64,000 nucleotides of DNA from Octopus bimaculoides (lineage: Eukaryota), in the NCBI RefSeq assembly GCF_001194135.2, contig NC_068981.1, positions 155,023,221 through 155,087,220 on the forward strand. Direction: 5' to 3'. The notes under the pieces were generated by a model, which was not told the origin of the DNA, searched no databases, and saw only the letters and a list, made by a program, of their open reading frames with translations. Within the stretch, counting starts at the first letter, position 1. The number at the start of each line of letters is the position of its first letter. Of the stretch, positions 1 to 12,500 are shown in pieces. The translations under genes and the position numbers were made by a program.

Positions 1-660
1 GCTAAGCATTTTGCCCAACGCACTATCCTGCTTACTGACTATATTTGATAATTCTTTCTAATTTTGGCACAAGGCCAGCAATTTTGAGGGGAGAGGGTAT
101 GTCGATATATCGACTCCAAAAGAATGTATGGCACAGTTGACCTCGGCGGGATTTCAACTCAGATGACAAAGAGCCGGAACAAATGTCACTAAGCATTTTG
201 TCAGCTCGCCACCTTTATAATAACAATCCTTTCTACTACAGGCACAAGGCCTGAAATTTTGAGGGGAGGAGTTACTTGATTACATTGACCGAGTGTTCAG
301 TTGGTACTTATTTTATCAACCACAAAAGGATGAAAGACAAGGTCGAACTAAGAACGTAAAGAGGGAAGAAATGTCGTTAAGTATTTAATTCGGTGTGCTA
401 ACGGTTGACAACAATAGGGAGAGGGGGTAAATCGATTACATTGACCCCTAAAGGATGAAAGGCAAAGTCGAACTCGGTGGTACCTGAACTCAAAACGTAA
501 AGTCAGACGAAATGCCACTGAGCTCTTGGCCCCTGCAATTTTAGCGGAGGGGATTAGTCGAAAATACCGATTCCAGTACTTGTACTTTATTCAATCAACC
601 CCGAAAGGATGAGCATCGGCGGGATTTGAATGCGGAACAATAAAAAGCCAAAACAAATGC
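1..660 (-). repeat. Cluster of about 4 tRNA-derived SINE copies
   Basis: Repeated units ctaagcatttt...gcacaaggc...aattttgagggg...tcgattacattgacc...ggatgaaaggcaaagtcgacctcggcgg.atttgaact; reverse complement of the SINE at 12140. Confidence 0.8.
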
Positions 661-706
661 AACAAGGAATTTTTTTTTGTACCGACAAAAAGCGTGTTAC
701 ATAAGA

Positions 707-727
707 TGTGTGTGTGTGTGTGTGTGA
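707..727. repeat. (TG)n microsatellite
   Basis: Directly visible dinucleotide run. Confidence 0.85.
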
Positions 728-1479
728 CGTCGAATGTATTGAATGTTCATAGTGTACAAATAAAGAAGTCTTTTTGAAACAGAAGCCTCAAACTAGGGAT
801 TGACCACAAGTGCCTGAGACATCGGGGACATTATGATTACGAAATTAAAACAAGATTTACAAGTAAAAGGATGAGATTAATAACTACAAACATTCATAAA
901 TATATAATAAAATAGTAATAATTTCTTTTATTTGCCACAAGGGGAACAGATGATGGGAACGTTACAAAGTACAAACAAAAACATTTACGCAGAATCAATT
1001 ATGAAATAATATTTATGTAATTCCTTTGTTTGATAAGGAATTACTGATTTATGTAGTTTCGCATTCATACTAGCACGTGTTATAAACACTTTCGCTAATG
1101 TAAACATCGGCTACTAGTTAACTCTCAAGTACCCACTATACTAAACTCTAAGAGAAATTAGTTTTACACACACACACAAAAAAAAAAGAAAATTGTTTCA
1201 AAGTGAAAATAATAGTACTTCTTCCGAGTACAGTTTGTGAATTCTATTATCCAGGATAGGTTACAGAAGTGTTTAAATTTATAGTTGTATTAATTTGTGG
1301 TGATAAGATGTTTGGGAACATTTTTTTTTTCAAGTTTGAAAATAAAAATGATACAACAGTGTAAAATTGTTTTGTTGAATTTAAGAAACCTCCTCCCCGT
1401 TTTATTTTTTCACCGATAAAATTTGGTTTTTAATATATTTTAATTTAAATCATTTTATTATATATATATATATATATAT

Positions 1480-1610
1480 NNNNNNNNNNNNNNNNNNNNN
1501 NNNNNNNNNNNNNNNNNNNNNNNNNNNNNNNNNNNNNNNNNNNNNNNNNNNNNNNNNNNNNNNNNNNNNNNNNNNNNNNNNNNNNNNNNNNNNNNNNNNN
1601 NNNNNNNNNN
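1480..1610. other. Assembly gap flanked by (TA)n
   Basis: N run. Confidence 0.99.
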
Positions 1611-1779
1611 TATACCCACTATATATATATAGTGATTTTCAACCTACTGACTTGGAAATATTGTTTATCGTGTTTTGTAAAATAAAGCTATAGACAATAA
1701 ACTTCTCTATGTCAGTTTGAGTAAATTGTAAAAGTCATGTGAGAATATTATCGAAAGTACCTTATTTCTTTTCCTTTTC

Positions 1780-2295
1780 CCGCTAATCTTAACTGACAAC
1801 TGCAGTTTAGCGAGCGATGTTTGGCCTGTATGTTTTGCTGGCACTCTTTTTCAATTTATTACTCAATTGATTATTGATACTTCATGTGCGGGTGAATTTG
1901 CTTCTACTGCATACAGTAGTGCTGCATTCTTTTGTCAGTATGTTTGCGTGAGTGTTCAGTAATGAGTTTACTGCGCCCACCGTTGTAGAGGTTTGTGTAC
2001 TCTGCTTACGTTGTATCAATCGTCATCTTTCCTCCTGCTGCCGTCACTGCAGCTACAAATGCATTTCTGCTCAGTCCGAGTCTGACTCTGGTGTCGCCCT
2101 CTCGCTGTGCGATATCGTTATTGTATACGGATTTAGTATCACCGCCTCATTCAGCCTCTTTAACTTTGTTTTTGTACTGGGACTTGTTTAATTTAGCCAA
2201 AGGTAAACAAATCGTCTAAGTGGCCAGCCTCGACAGCCGTTTTCTTTTTTTTTTTTTTTTTTTTTCCACCAAGGGGAAACCACGGAAAACTAAAG
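1780..2295 (+). promoter_or_regulatory. Probable DHX9 promoter / non-coding first exon region
   Basis: Locally GC/CpG-enriched island in otherwise AT-rich DNA, ending in a donor AAG|gtatgc at 2295/2296. CE1 has an acceptor only 5 nt upstream of its ATG, so an upstream UTR exon is required. TSS not determinable from sequence. Confidence 0.5.
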
Positions 2296-3153
2296 GTATG
2301 CAACAACCATTCTTGGATGAGTCTCAAATGGTATTGCTTCGGAAAGAATGAAAACATGTACTTTTGATCGGAGTTGTCTGAGTCACTCTTTCTCAATCTA
2401 CTCCTCTGTCTCTTCGTATGTGTTGTGTGTATGTATTTTGGAAACAAAATGTGATTAATTTACTAACCTCAACATTTAGGGGTTTCCCATTTCTCAAACT
2501 GTAATAATTGCATACATTAGACGCACACCCACTGAATTTCATGTTGATTCTATTTTTCTATTGTATTTATATGATGTAAACTTTGACTACTACAACACTG
2601 TTTTATATATTTATATAATTTCGCGATTTCTGGCGTATATTCCCTCTATAATCATAGCTCCTTTCTCAGTTTGTTTTTGAAAACCACCACTGTTCACAGT
2701 AACATTTTTGTCATTGTGATCGGATTTAAAATTTCTTGAACACTTAAAAAAAAAAATGTTAAAAATACTACAGTTTCGTAAAGAATTTACTGAATTTTAT
2801 CACAGAAGAGAAATCTTACCATCATTTTCAGAAAACAAGTTGTATGTCATGTAAGGGGTATTTCCGCCTACTGACGATTCCAATTGTGGGAAATCCCACA
2901 TTTGGATTCTATTAATTGCAATTAATTGCTCGTGATGGTAATGGTGATTTAGTTGCTACTTTTTCGTGTATAATTTCTAAGGTCTTCAAATTTCATTTTA
3001 AATTTCCACATTGTTATTTTCCCGGCACGTTTGTTTACTGCGTACAAGCAATTTACTAATGTCGTTTGTTGGTTTTCTGTCTATATTGTATAACCCCAAG
3101 AGAAGAAAGTGTTTTTTTCTAATGCTTTGTATTGTTTCCTATTTTTTATATAC

Positions 3154-3188
<35 letters not shown>

Positions 3189-6100
3189 CCATCATGACCC
3201 ATTTAAATTACTATTTCGTCTATGAAATGTGTATTCTATTACAAATTATAACCATGGATAAAAGCTTACATTTTGAAGATAGTCATTTCATTTATTTGTT
3301 TATATGTTCCCTTTCTACTTCATACCCTTGAATTTTATGATAGTGTAGAGCAGCACTGTGTGTGTACCATTATGGCAATAAACGATATCTAAATGTAATT
3401 TCTCAAAGCTCTCGCATATCCAGCTTCATATATTTTTGTCACTTGATTCCACAATCACTATTCTTTGATTATAGTGATTATCGTATAGTAATAAACTCTA
3501 GGATAGGAGCTTATGAAGTTTTGTTGAGTTTGGTACTGGGTTTTAGAATTTTTTTTTTTTTTTTTTTTGAAGTTCTAGATGTTGATTAATATATTTTGAT
3601 TAAATTTAATTCATGCTTAAAATAACTGGAAATTATTGGTTATTCTAGAAGATTATTTTTATTAGTAAATGCTAAAAGTTGAAAATAATAATTTTATGTT
3701 TTACTATAGAACAGGTGAATTTTACCCGTTGAATGTTGGTAGAAAATGCTCTTTCATAAGAGGCGATGGTCCACTGTTAGAAAATAAATCTATGCTAAGA
3801 TTTGATTACACTAGCTGTTTTTGATTAATTAATATAGAAGCACCTTCTCTGACCACTTACTGACTGCTACACTTCACTGAACAGAGCATAATAATACTGT
3901 TTCTGAGAGGTAGCTATTGATCTTTTCTACAGAATCACTGGAAAGCGAGGAGGAGGAGGAAGTGTGAAGACATTTGTCTTCATGATGATTAATGTCCTGA
4001 TTAAAGAATTGGGTTATTTTGAAAAGGGCTCAGGAGTATTTTATGAGAATTTGTTTCTTTATATGTCAGTACCAATAATTATTCTCTCGTCATTTGCTTT
4101 GAATACTTTGAATGCTAGCTACTTCTCTTCTTTTCATAAGTTGTTCATTAATCACTTTGTTGCCTGACAGAAATTTTAGTAGTTACTCTTGAGATTTCCT
4201 TTCAGCAGCATTGTCTGATATTTTTCCATTTTATGTTTTTAACTGAATGATGAATCAGCTTCTATGAAACTTAATGTTTTTCAACAATTTTCTTTTATTT
4301 GTTTGATGTGGGTTTAACTGCACGAGCTCTAATTGTTGATAATTTAATTATAATTTTTATTTCCATATAATGGTTTGTAGATATTTGAAATGTATATATA
4401 TTCTGTAGTAAAACTGAAAGGTTTTTATTTTGTTTCTTGTCATTATATTATTGCTTAAAAGATAGATTAATATTGGATACCCTTGAAAAGTAGGATCTTG
4501 CTCAAGAATATAAGAATATATACTTTCTAGAGAACTACTTTGATCAACATCCACTTTAATGATTCAGTGGTATGGTTCTGCTCCAATCAACACAACTTAA
4601 ATTTACAGCTGCTAACTTAAATTGAGCATGTTCTCCTGTTCTTTAAAAAAAAAAAAATGTAAAAAAAAAAATGAAGCCATTTCTTTTTCTTAGACTTTTT
4701 TTTTAAAGTTGCTTATTTATCCCACATAGGTGAGACAGGTGAATATTTCTTTGCAGTAGTAAGTTGGGTATAGATTAGGAAAAAAATCATTTGACTTGAA
4801 TAATATTGGATGAAATACATTATTTTAGGTAGTTATGGCTAATCTTCATTAAGTAATTATTTGAAGAGACAATGTTTGAAACATTTGTTATAATTTGGAT
4901 GATGTTATGAAAGATTTCTCTCATTTTTATTTGGCAATAACTAATCTGAAAGCAAGATATCTTGTTTATTAATTAGTATTATTTAAAATCGGTATTTAAT
5001 CATTCAGATTTTCTTTTATTTCTCTTTGTTTCACATAACAAAAAAAATTACCGGCCTTCATTTTCATGCAAACAAAAGCAAGAATTATTCTCAATACAAA
5101 TTCATTTTTAGTGTTATACGTGTTTCTAAATATTGCATTCTCTGTCTTGTTACTAATCTAGATAGAATCAAACTATTGCAGATTACAAGTAATATTAGTA
5201 TTAACATTTAATTTAGACAAACAAGAGTCTCTAATCAATTTGTAGCTTCTGTTACTAAGATATGAAATTATGACTAGAGAAATTATAGGGAATTAAAACA
5301 ACTAGATTAATTATAATAGTAGATAAATAGCTGATATCTGACTCAATGAAGAACATCATTGCAGTTATGTTTTGTGTTAAACTGATAAGTGATCAATGTG
5401 AGATGAGTTCATAACAAATAGCTTTCTTTTATTAATAGACATAGCTTTGATTAAAATCTTGTTTGGTGGCCTTGTTTACTATGTAAATAAGGGTGGTTGC
5501 TTCCTAAAACATGTTTATTAGTGGCACATTAATAAAGGTTAACAAGTTTTAGTTGTTTGTTTGTTATTGCTCAGTCCTCTGCTGTTTTTATTTTATTATA
5601 GTTTCTAAATTCTGACAACATTTAGTAGAAATTTTCAGAGCTGAGTGCTTTTGGAAACTCCCATGCAGATGATTAATTAACTTTATGGGAATTCCATGTT
5701 TTTAAAAAAAAATGTTGTTTATAATTAATTTGTTAAACATTTTCCAGTATTAATGAGTGTAACTTTTCTCTGTAACCCAAACCCAACCTGTCCAACTCAT
5801 GCCAGGATGAACAATGGACATTAAATGATGAGAATGTTAATATTAAATATTTGTTCAAACTGATATATTGGGCAATCTCTTATGCACTGAGTACTTTTAA
5901 TAAATAATGAACCTTGTCCTAAATTTTGAAGACTTGTGATATTCAATTTGAAATATAAAAGTGAAACATTTGAGGGCAATTAATTGATCAAGTCTTGATT
6001 AAATAAATATTAAGTGGGTACACATTGATATCTTGTTTGAATCAGTAAACTCAGTATTTTTCTTGGAAAGCTGTTTACTTTTTTCACATCTATTTATCTA

Positions 6101-7737
6101 TTTGCTTTCCCCTGTATTCATTAATTCTTTCTGCTATTACTTTTAAAAAGATTTACTTATGACTATTTTGCAATCAAAAACTTGAACCCTTATCTTTCAG
6201 AAATCCTCCTTTAATAATTAATATAAGATTTGATAGAATGCTTTACTATGTCTAATTTGGTACTTTACTGATCTTCATTCAAATCTGCTGTAATTGATGA
6301 TCCTTTTTTGCCCCTCTGAGAGCTGGAAATGCAATTGATAATAACCTCCAAAACTAGTCTAATAAAAGAAAAATCAATATTTGGTCTTAAAAGAGACCAA
6401 ACCTCACCTGATCAGGAGTGTTTAAAGTGTGTTTTAATTTTCTAGAATTTTGCAATTTTAATTCCCATTCCATTTTCATGTGTTGTAATAACAATTAAAC
6501 CATATGAATTATTCATATTAGACAGTAAAACAAATGTTCAGGTATAAATAATATGTACTGATTCAATAATTTTTCCATAGAATATTTATATCATCTTGAT
6601 CAACGGTATTCAAATCTAAATAGCCATAACCATTCTGTGTGTGTGAGCAGAATAGCCTGGTGGATGGACTAGATGTTTTGCTTCAATTAGGTCATTTTCT
6701 ATATTATTATTATACTTCACTTAACCGTTGAAAAATAGGTCTGATCTTGATACCTGTACCACTGATCATCCAAGATTAAGCAGTTGACTATTTCACCTTG
6801 CACATTAATTTCATAATGTATAACCAATTTCATACAATTCCTATTTGACTTAAGTATAAAAAATTAAAGTAATTAGTATTTTATTTTTTCTAGAAATTCA
6901 TAAGCTCTATTTGTAGGAATTTGTAAAAGGTGAATATGAAATACCTAGAGCATCATAAATTGAATTAAAAACTAAAATTTCAGTTTTAAGCAAGTAATTA
7001 TTCAACATTTTATGGAAGTTGTTTTGGCGTTACATTATGGATTTAAAAGATAAAAATGAATCACCACCACAGATGTTGTGTTGTCTTTTAAATTTAATTT
7101 CTATCATCATTTACAGATTTGTTAGTCTCTTCTTTGTACTTACTTAAACTGTCCAAAGTAGCAATTAAATCTTTTATGGCAATGTCAATAGAATGCTTCA
7201 TTAACTACACCTATGATATTGGTCTTTTCTGAATTGACTGGGGCTCCCTAGCAACATAGTTTGGTTTAGATGCAGTTTTTGATTTGAGTTTAATAAGTGA
7301 ATTTCTACAAGAATACTTTGTGCAATTTTAGAGATGTAAAAGTAATATTGATTATTCAAAATTCAGATCTTGCTATCATCATTGAGATTGTTATTTTGTA
7401 TAGTTGTCTAGAGCAAAGGTACACTTGTGTTATGGCTGCCATTATGAAATAACTATAGTATAGTGCAATATAAAAAACGGTAGGTGGTTGGAGATTTGAC
7501 ATTTTAGCATTGTTACTAGAAAACATTTTCCACTTCCTTGATTTAGATATAGAGATAAACTGGATCAATAGATATGGCTTTGTATCCCTTTTGGACAAAT
7601 AATCACTCAAAACTATTTGCCTTAGTTTATCTAACTGTAGTATTGAACCAGACCAAAAAAAAAAAGAGTTGTCCATCGTCTAATGTTGGCATTGTTATGT
7701 CATTTATGAAAGGATTAATTATTGAACTTGTGAAGGC

Positions 7738-8015
7738 ACATGACTTAGTGGTTAGGCTATTCAGCTCACAATTGTAAGGTTGTTTGATTCCTGGCAGTAC
7801 ATTGAGTCCTTGAGGAAGATACTTTATTTCATGTTGCTCCAGTCTACTCAGCTGGCAATAATGAGTTGTACCTGTAAGCCAAAGGGCCAGCTTTATCATA
7901 TTCTGTGTCATACTGAATCTGTCTGAGAACTATGTTAAGTGTATGTGTGTTTGTGGAGTGCTCAGCCACTTGCATGTAAATTTCAATGGAGTAGGCTGCT
8001 CCATTGATCAGATCA
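7738..8015 (+). repeat. tRNA-derived SINE
   Basis: A-box-like gacttagtggttagg, B-box-like tttgattcct, shared core. Confidence 0.65.
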
Positions 8016-8195
8016 AAAGTAACTAATGGAGTTCAAAAAAGTTAATTATTAAACTTGCAAAATAGCTCTATTAAGTTCAATTCTTTAAAGCTCAGTCAGT
8101 CCACATTTGTTTCAGATCTAATCCATATCTTAGGCAGTTATAGAAAAATGTTAAAATTTTGAAGAATTACAGTGGATAAAACTAAATTTCATTTA

Positions 8196-8552
8196 GCATG
8201 GCCTTGTGGTTAAGAAGTTCATTTCACAACTACAAGGTTTCAAGTCTATTCCCATTGCATGGCACTGTGCAGATGTCTTCTACTTTCACTTCAGACTGAT
8301 TAATACCTTGTGAATGACATTGGCAGATGGAAACTAGGAGGTGCAGTGTGTGTATTTGTACATGCAAGTGTTGATTTTTATAATGTGCAGTATAAAAACA
8401 ATGCCATCACCTATGCAACTGTGTCTTTCCAATCTGCTGCAGACATATGCCTGGCCATTAAGCTGTTCATTATGCAACATATTCTGGGAAATAGTATCTT
8501 ACTTGGAAACTAGTGAAGGTTGGTGACAGGAAGAGCCATCAAGCTGTAGAAA
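8196..8552 (+). repeat. tRNA-derived SINE with RTE-like tail
   Basis: catggccttgtggttaagaagttc...ccttgtgaatgacattggcagatggaaact; tail ggttggtgacaggaagagccatcaagctgtagaaaa is the reverse complement of the RTE tail core. Confidence 0.7.
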
Positions 8553-9406
8553 AGCTTCCTCAATAAGTCTCATGTAATTCATACTGGTATCAAAAAGTGT
8601 GTTTGTTGAAATGGTGTTTATCTGTCTGATGTTAGGTGATCTTGCAAATTTAAATATTTGCTCATGTTTTTAAATTAGCTGTTTAATGATTAGAATCTCT
8701 TATTGCCATCTATTATCATGAATTGGGAGTGGTTAGGTCAGCTGCAACAAACAAACTGATTTATCTTAGGATACAGAACATTAACTAGTGTATAATATTG
8801 AATATTTATTACATAGAATTTAATATATGAGATGTTTCTTGTTGTAAGACTCCAAGATTTCTTTCATGAATTAGTTATTGAACCTATTACAATATTTCTC
8901 TTACAATATTTCAAGTTTTCTCAGCTGAACCAGTAACTATTCTTCATTGAAAAGATCTTTTTGCATAAAAGCAACACTTATATACTATTTATTGTTCTGG
9001 TATCTAGTCTGCTTGACCTCAACACTTTTTTTTTCTTTTCTGTTAAAGTTTGATCTAGAAAACATATTTTTTGCAATGTAATAAACTCAAGACTTGCTAC
9101 TTGCATTGCTTCTCACTTTAGGGTAAATTTCGATATCACTTAATACTGCAGATGTGTTGTTTTATAAAAAAATTTCCAGTTATAAAACCTTTATCAATAT
9201 CATCTGAAATATTGTAAACTGAGACACAGTGCCACAGAGAATAAGGAAGTTAGTTGTTGTATGTAAGATGCTATCTTAAAATGGGAATTAAACTTGTACA
9301 ATTAATGCCTGCAGAGAAAGATTATAAGGATATTCTGTTGATTTTTGTAATAAAATATAACTTCTTTTTAACTTACTAATTAATGAAATTATTATTTTCA
9401 GCGAAC

Positions 9407-9517
9407 ATGGGAGATATCAAGCAGTTTTTATATGCTTGGTGTGGTAAACAGAAGGTCACTCCTGTTTACGAATTCAACACTGGTGGACCGAAACATAAAC
9501 CTCGGTTCAAATGTGAA
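9407..9517 (+). CDS. DHX9: DHX9 CE1 (start codon, dsRBD1 N-part)
   Basis: ttttcag acceptor ends 9401, ATG 9407, [37 protein letters not shown], donor gtaagt 9518. Confidence 0.96.
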
Positions 9518-12500
9518 GTAAGTAAAGCTTTACCTTTTTTTTGTGCAGTATAAATCATTCAAATTGCAAAATAATTGTTCTCAATTTTTTTTAAAATAAA
9601 AGTACCAACACATCTATATTTTTCAACTCTTAGCATCTGTAGTAATTTATTTCTTTTCATTTTTACATGATTTCAAAGACATTATTCCTACACTTCAAAT
9701 TTTATTTATCTCCAAAGTGCACTCCTATAAATAAACAATAACATGTGTGAGATATTTCTGAATGCTAAAAACTCTTTTAATTTTCCTCCACAATGTTTAG
9801 TTCTGTCTTCCACATTGATTTACATGATAATGTGTTCCACCATCTGAAATGTATCTTGCTCATAGAAAACAAGAATATCCTACATACTGTCCCCATTTTC
9901 TGGTTCACTCCAAACTTGTCCCTTTCTTGACCTCTTACAAACACCCTTATTTTAAAATGCAATTTCTGAACAATAGCATTATTACAGTTATATGTTCCCA
10001 GTTAATGACTCATTGTATTTCTGATGGCAAGAGTGTCAATAGAAGTAGTGTCGAACCTGATGCATAGCATTTAGTCTGTAAATTTGCACTTTTTTTTTCT
10101 CTCTTGCCAGTGTTTATATTCTAGGCTGATAATAGAATTAATGAAAGATACAGACATACTTAAATAATTGCATGCATTTATATTTGTCCAGTGAACTTCT
10201 GTGCAGTTTCCTTCTGCTGAATTCCACTTGACTATTATTAGCATTCAACTTGATGTTATGGTAGAAAACATTTGCCTCAAGTACTGCAAATAGGTGCCAT
10301 TTTTGTCTCTTTAGATCTTGCAGAAAACCTTTTACTTCCTTTCTTAGAACTGCCATCTGGTAACCAACTACAACAATTCAACTTAGCAATAAGTATTCAA
10401 TATAAACATAAACTATACTAACTTTACTTAGCAGTAGATACAAGCATGGCTTGTAGGGTTAAGAAGTTTGCTTTGTAAACTACAAAGTGCAAGGTTGATC
10501 CTATTGTGAATGCACCTCTGGCATTTGTTTTCTACCATTATCTTGGGTTGACCAATAACTTGTGAGTAGAATTTGATTAGTGGAAATTGAGCAGATGTAC
10601 AAGGTTTGTGAGTGAGTATCTATGAGCAAAAGATATAAGCATTGGCAAGAGACACTCCTTTGTCTATTGCACTATCAGAAATGCAATCAACCAGTAAGTA
10701 ACTGACCTATTGCAACTCTGAAGCTTAGGATGTTGTTCACCAACTTCCAATGTAAAACCATCTCACATCTCTAGTGCTTGATGGTTTCATGTGGGTCTAT
10801 TTTCTACCTTGCTTTCTTGACTTAATAAATGAAGCATTTTTCTACACCTGTTTGGTTTTGACAGATGTATAAATTTGGATGTTGGCGTGAATTATTGAAT
10901 TGGTTATTTCTTACAAAGATTTATAACATAGCTGTTATTTTAGGTATACACATTTCTGTTTAAAATCTCATTTTAATTTTTCTATTTATTAACTTAGGCT
11001 GAAACCATAAAACAAGTGCTGGAATACTGACTGCTTGTTCATGGACTCATTCAGATTTTGTTACTGTTCTCATTACGTTGTATGCTTAAGGAACATGCAT
11101 AGTACTATTTTCTTGTGTACTTTGCTGAAAAATACATCTGAATCCACCTTAATTTGTAAAACTAACCTTTTTAATGGAAGTGTTCTGTGAAAATACTTAA
11201 CATTGGCACATGTGGCTGTGTGGTAAGAAGCTTGCTTCCCAACCACATCATTCTGGGTTCAGTCCCACTGTGTGGAACCTTGGGCAAGTGTCTTTTATAG
11301 CCTCAGGCCAACCACATCCTTGTGAGTGGATTTGTTAGACAGAAACTGAAAGAAGCCCATCGTGTGTGTGTGTCCTGTGTTTGTCCCCATAACTTAGTAC
11401 TGGGATTGATTCATTTAACTAAAAATTCTTCAGGGTGGTACCTCAGCATGGTCTCAGTCTCATGGATAAACTCTAAAATGAGGTAATTTACAAGACTTTT
11501 TGCATTGGTTAAAACTTTATAAATCAGTTGTCCATGTATATCATAAACTATCTCTTCAATATTTAGTATAAATAGCTAACAAATATAAAGGGCAATAATT
11601 TGATCTTATAGATCTACATATGTTGTTATTATTGTAACTACTTTCCTACTAGAAACAAATTTAAATAATTATGCTATATAATTTTTCTCTGTTAAACACA
11701 AGTATTCAAGGAATCTAGCAGTGATGTGTATTGGCAAAAGCCAATTTTAAGTGTCATGAGAAATGAATTCTAACCATTCTTCTATGTCAGAATTTTCTCT
11801 TTACATCTCATTAATATTTCATCTGTTTATATAATCCAGTCTTGTACGAAGTTATTTTAACACATCTCTGAAAAACTTTAATCTCCTTTATCTGTAAACT
11901 CTTATAAACTTCATTTAAAAAAAAAAAAGTTTTTTTTTTTTTTTTTTTTTNNNNNNNNNNAAAAAAAAAAGTTTTTTTTTTTTTTTTGTTTTATTTCAAA
12001 CTTAGATGTTAAAAAGTATTCATGATATAATTTTTATTTTCGATATTTCTGAATGATTCAGCTTTTGATCATTTTTTTTTTTTAATGATCTTATAATGTA
12101 GGGCAGGAGCGCACACATACACACACATTATTACTTGGAGTTAAGGTGGCAAGCTGGCAGAATTGCTAGCACATTGGGCAAAATGCTTAGCAGCATTTCA
12201 TCCATCTGTTCTGAATTCTAATTCCACTGGGGTCGACTAGCCTTTCATCCTTTCAGGGTTGATAAAATAAGTACCAGTTGAGCACTACAGTTGGTGTAAT
12301 TGACTTAGCCCCTCCTCTGAAATTGCTAGCCTTGTGCCAAAGTTTGAAACCAATATTACTTGAGCGTGTTTGAAATTTGTGATGAGCTGTGTTCTTGATG
12401 TTATAATCATTTATATATTAAGTTTCATGGATTTCTTGTCATTATCAAATGTACTTGTTAGTGTATTTTTATATAATTAGTTTTACACGGTTCTGCTTTT

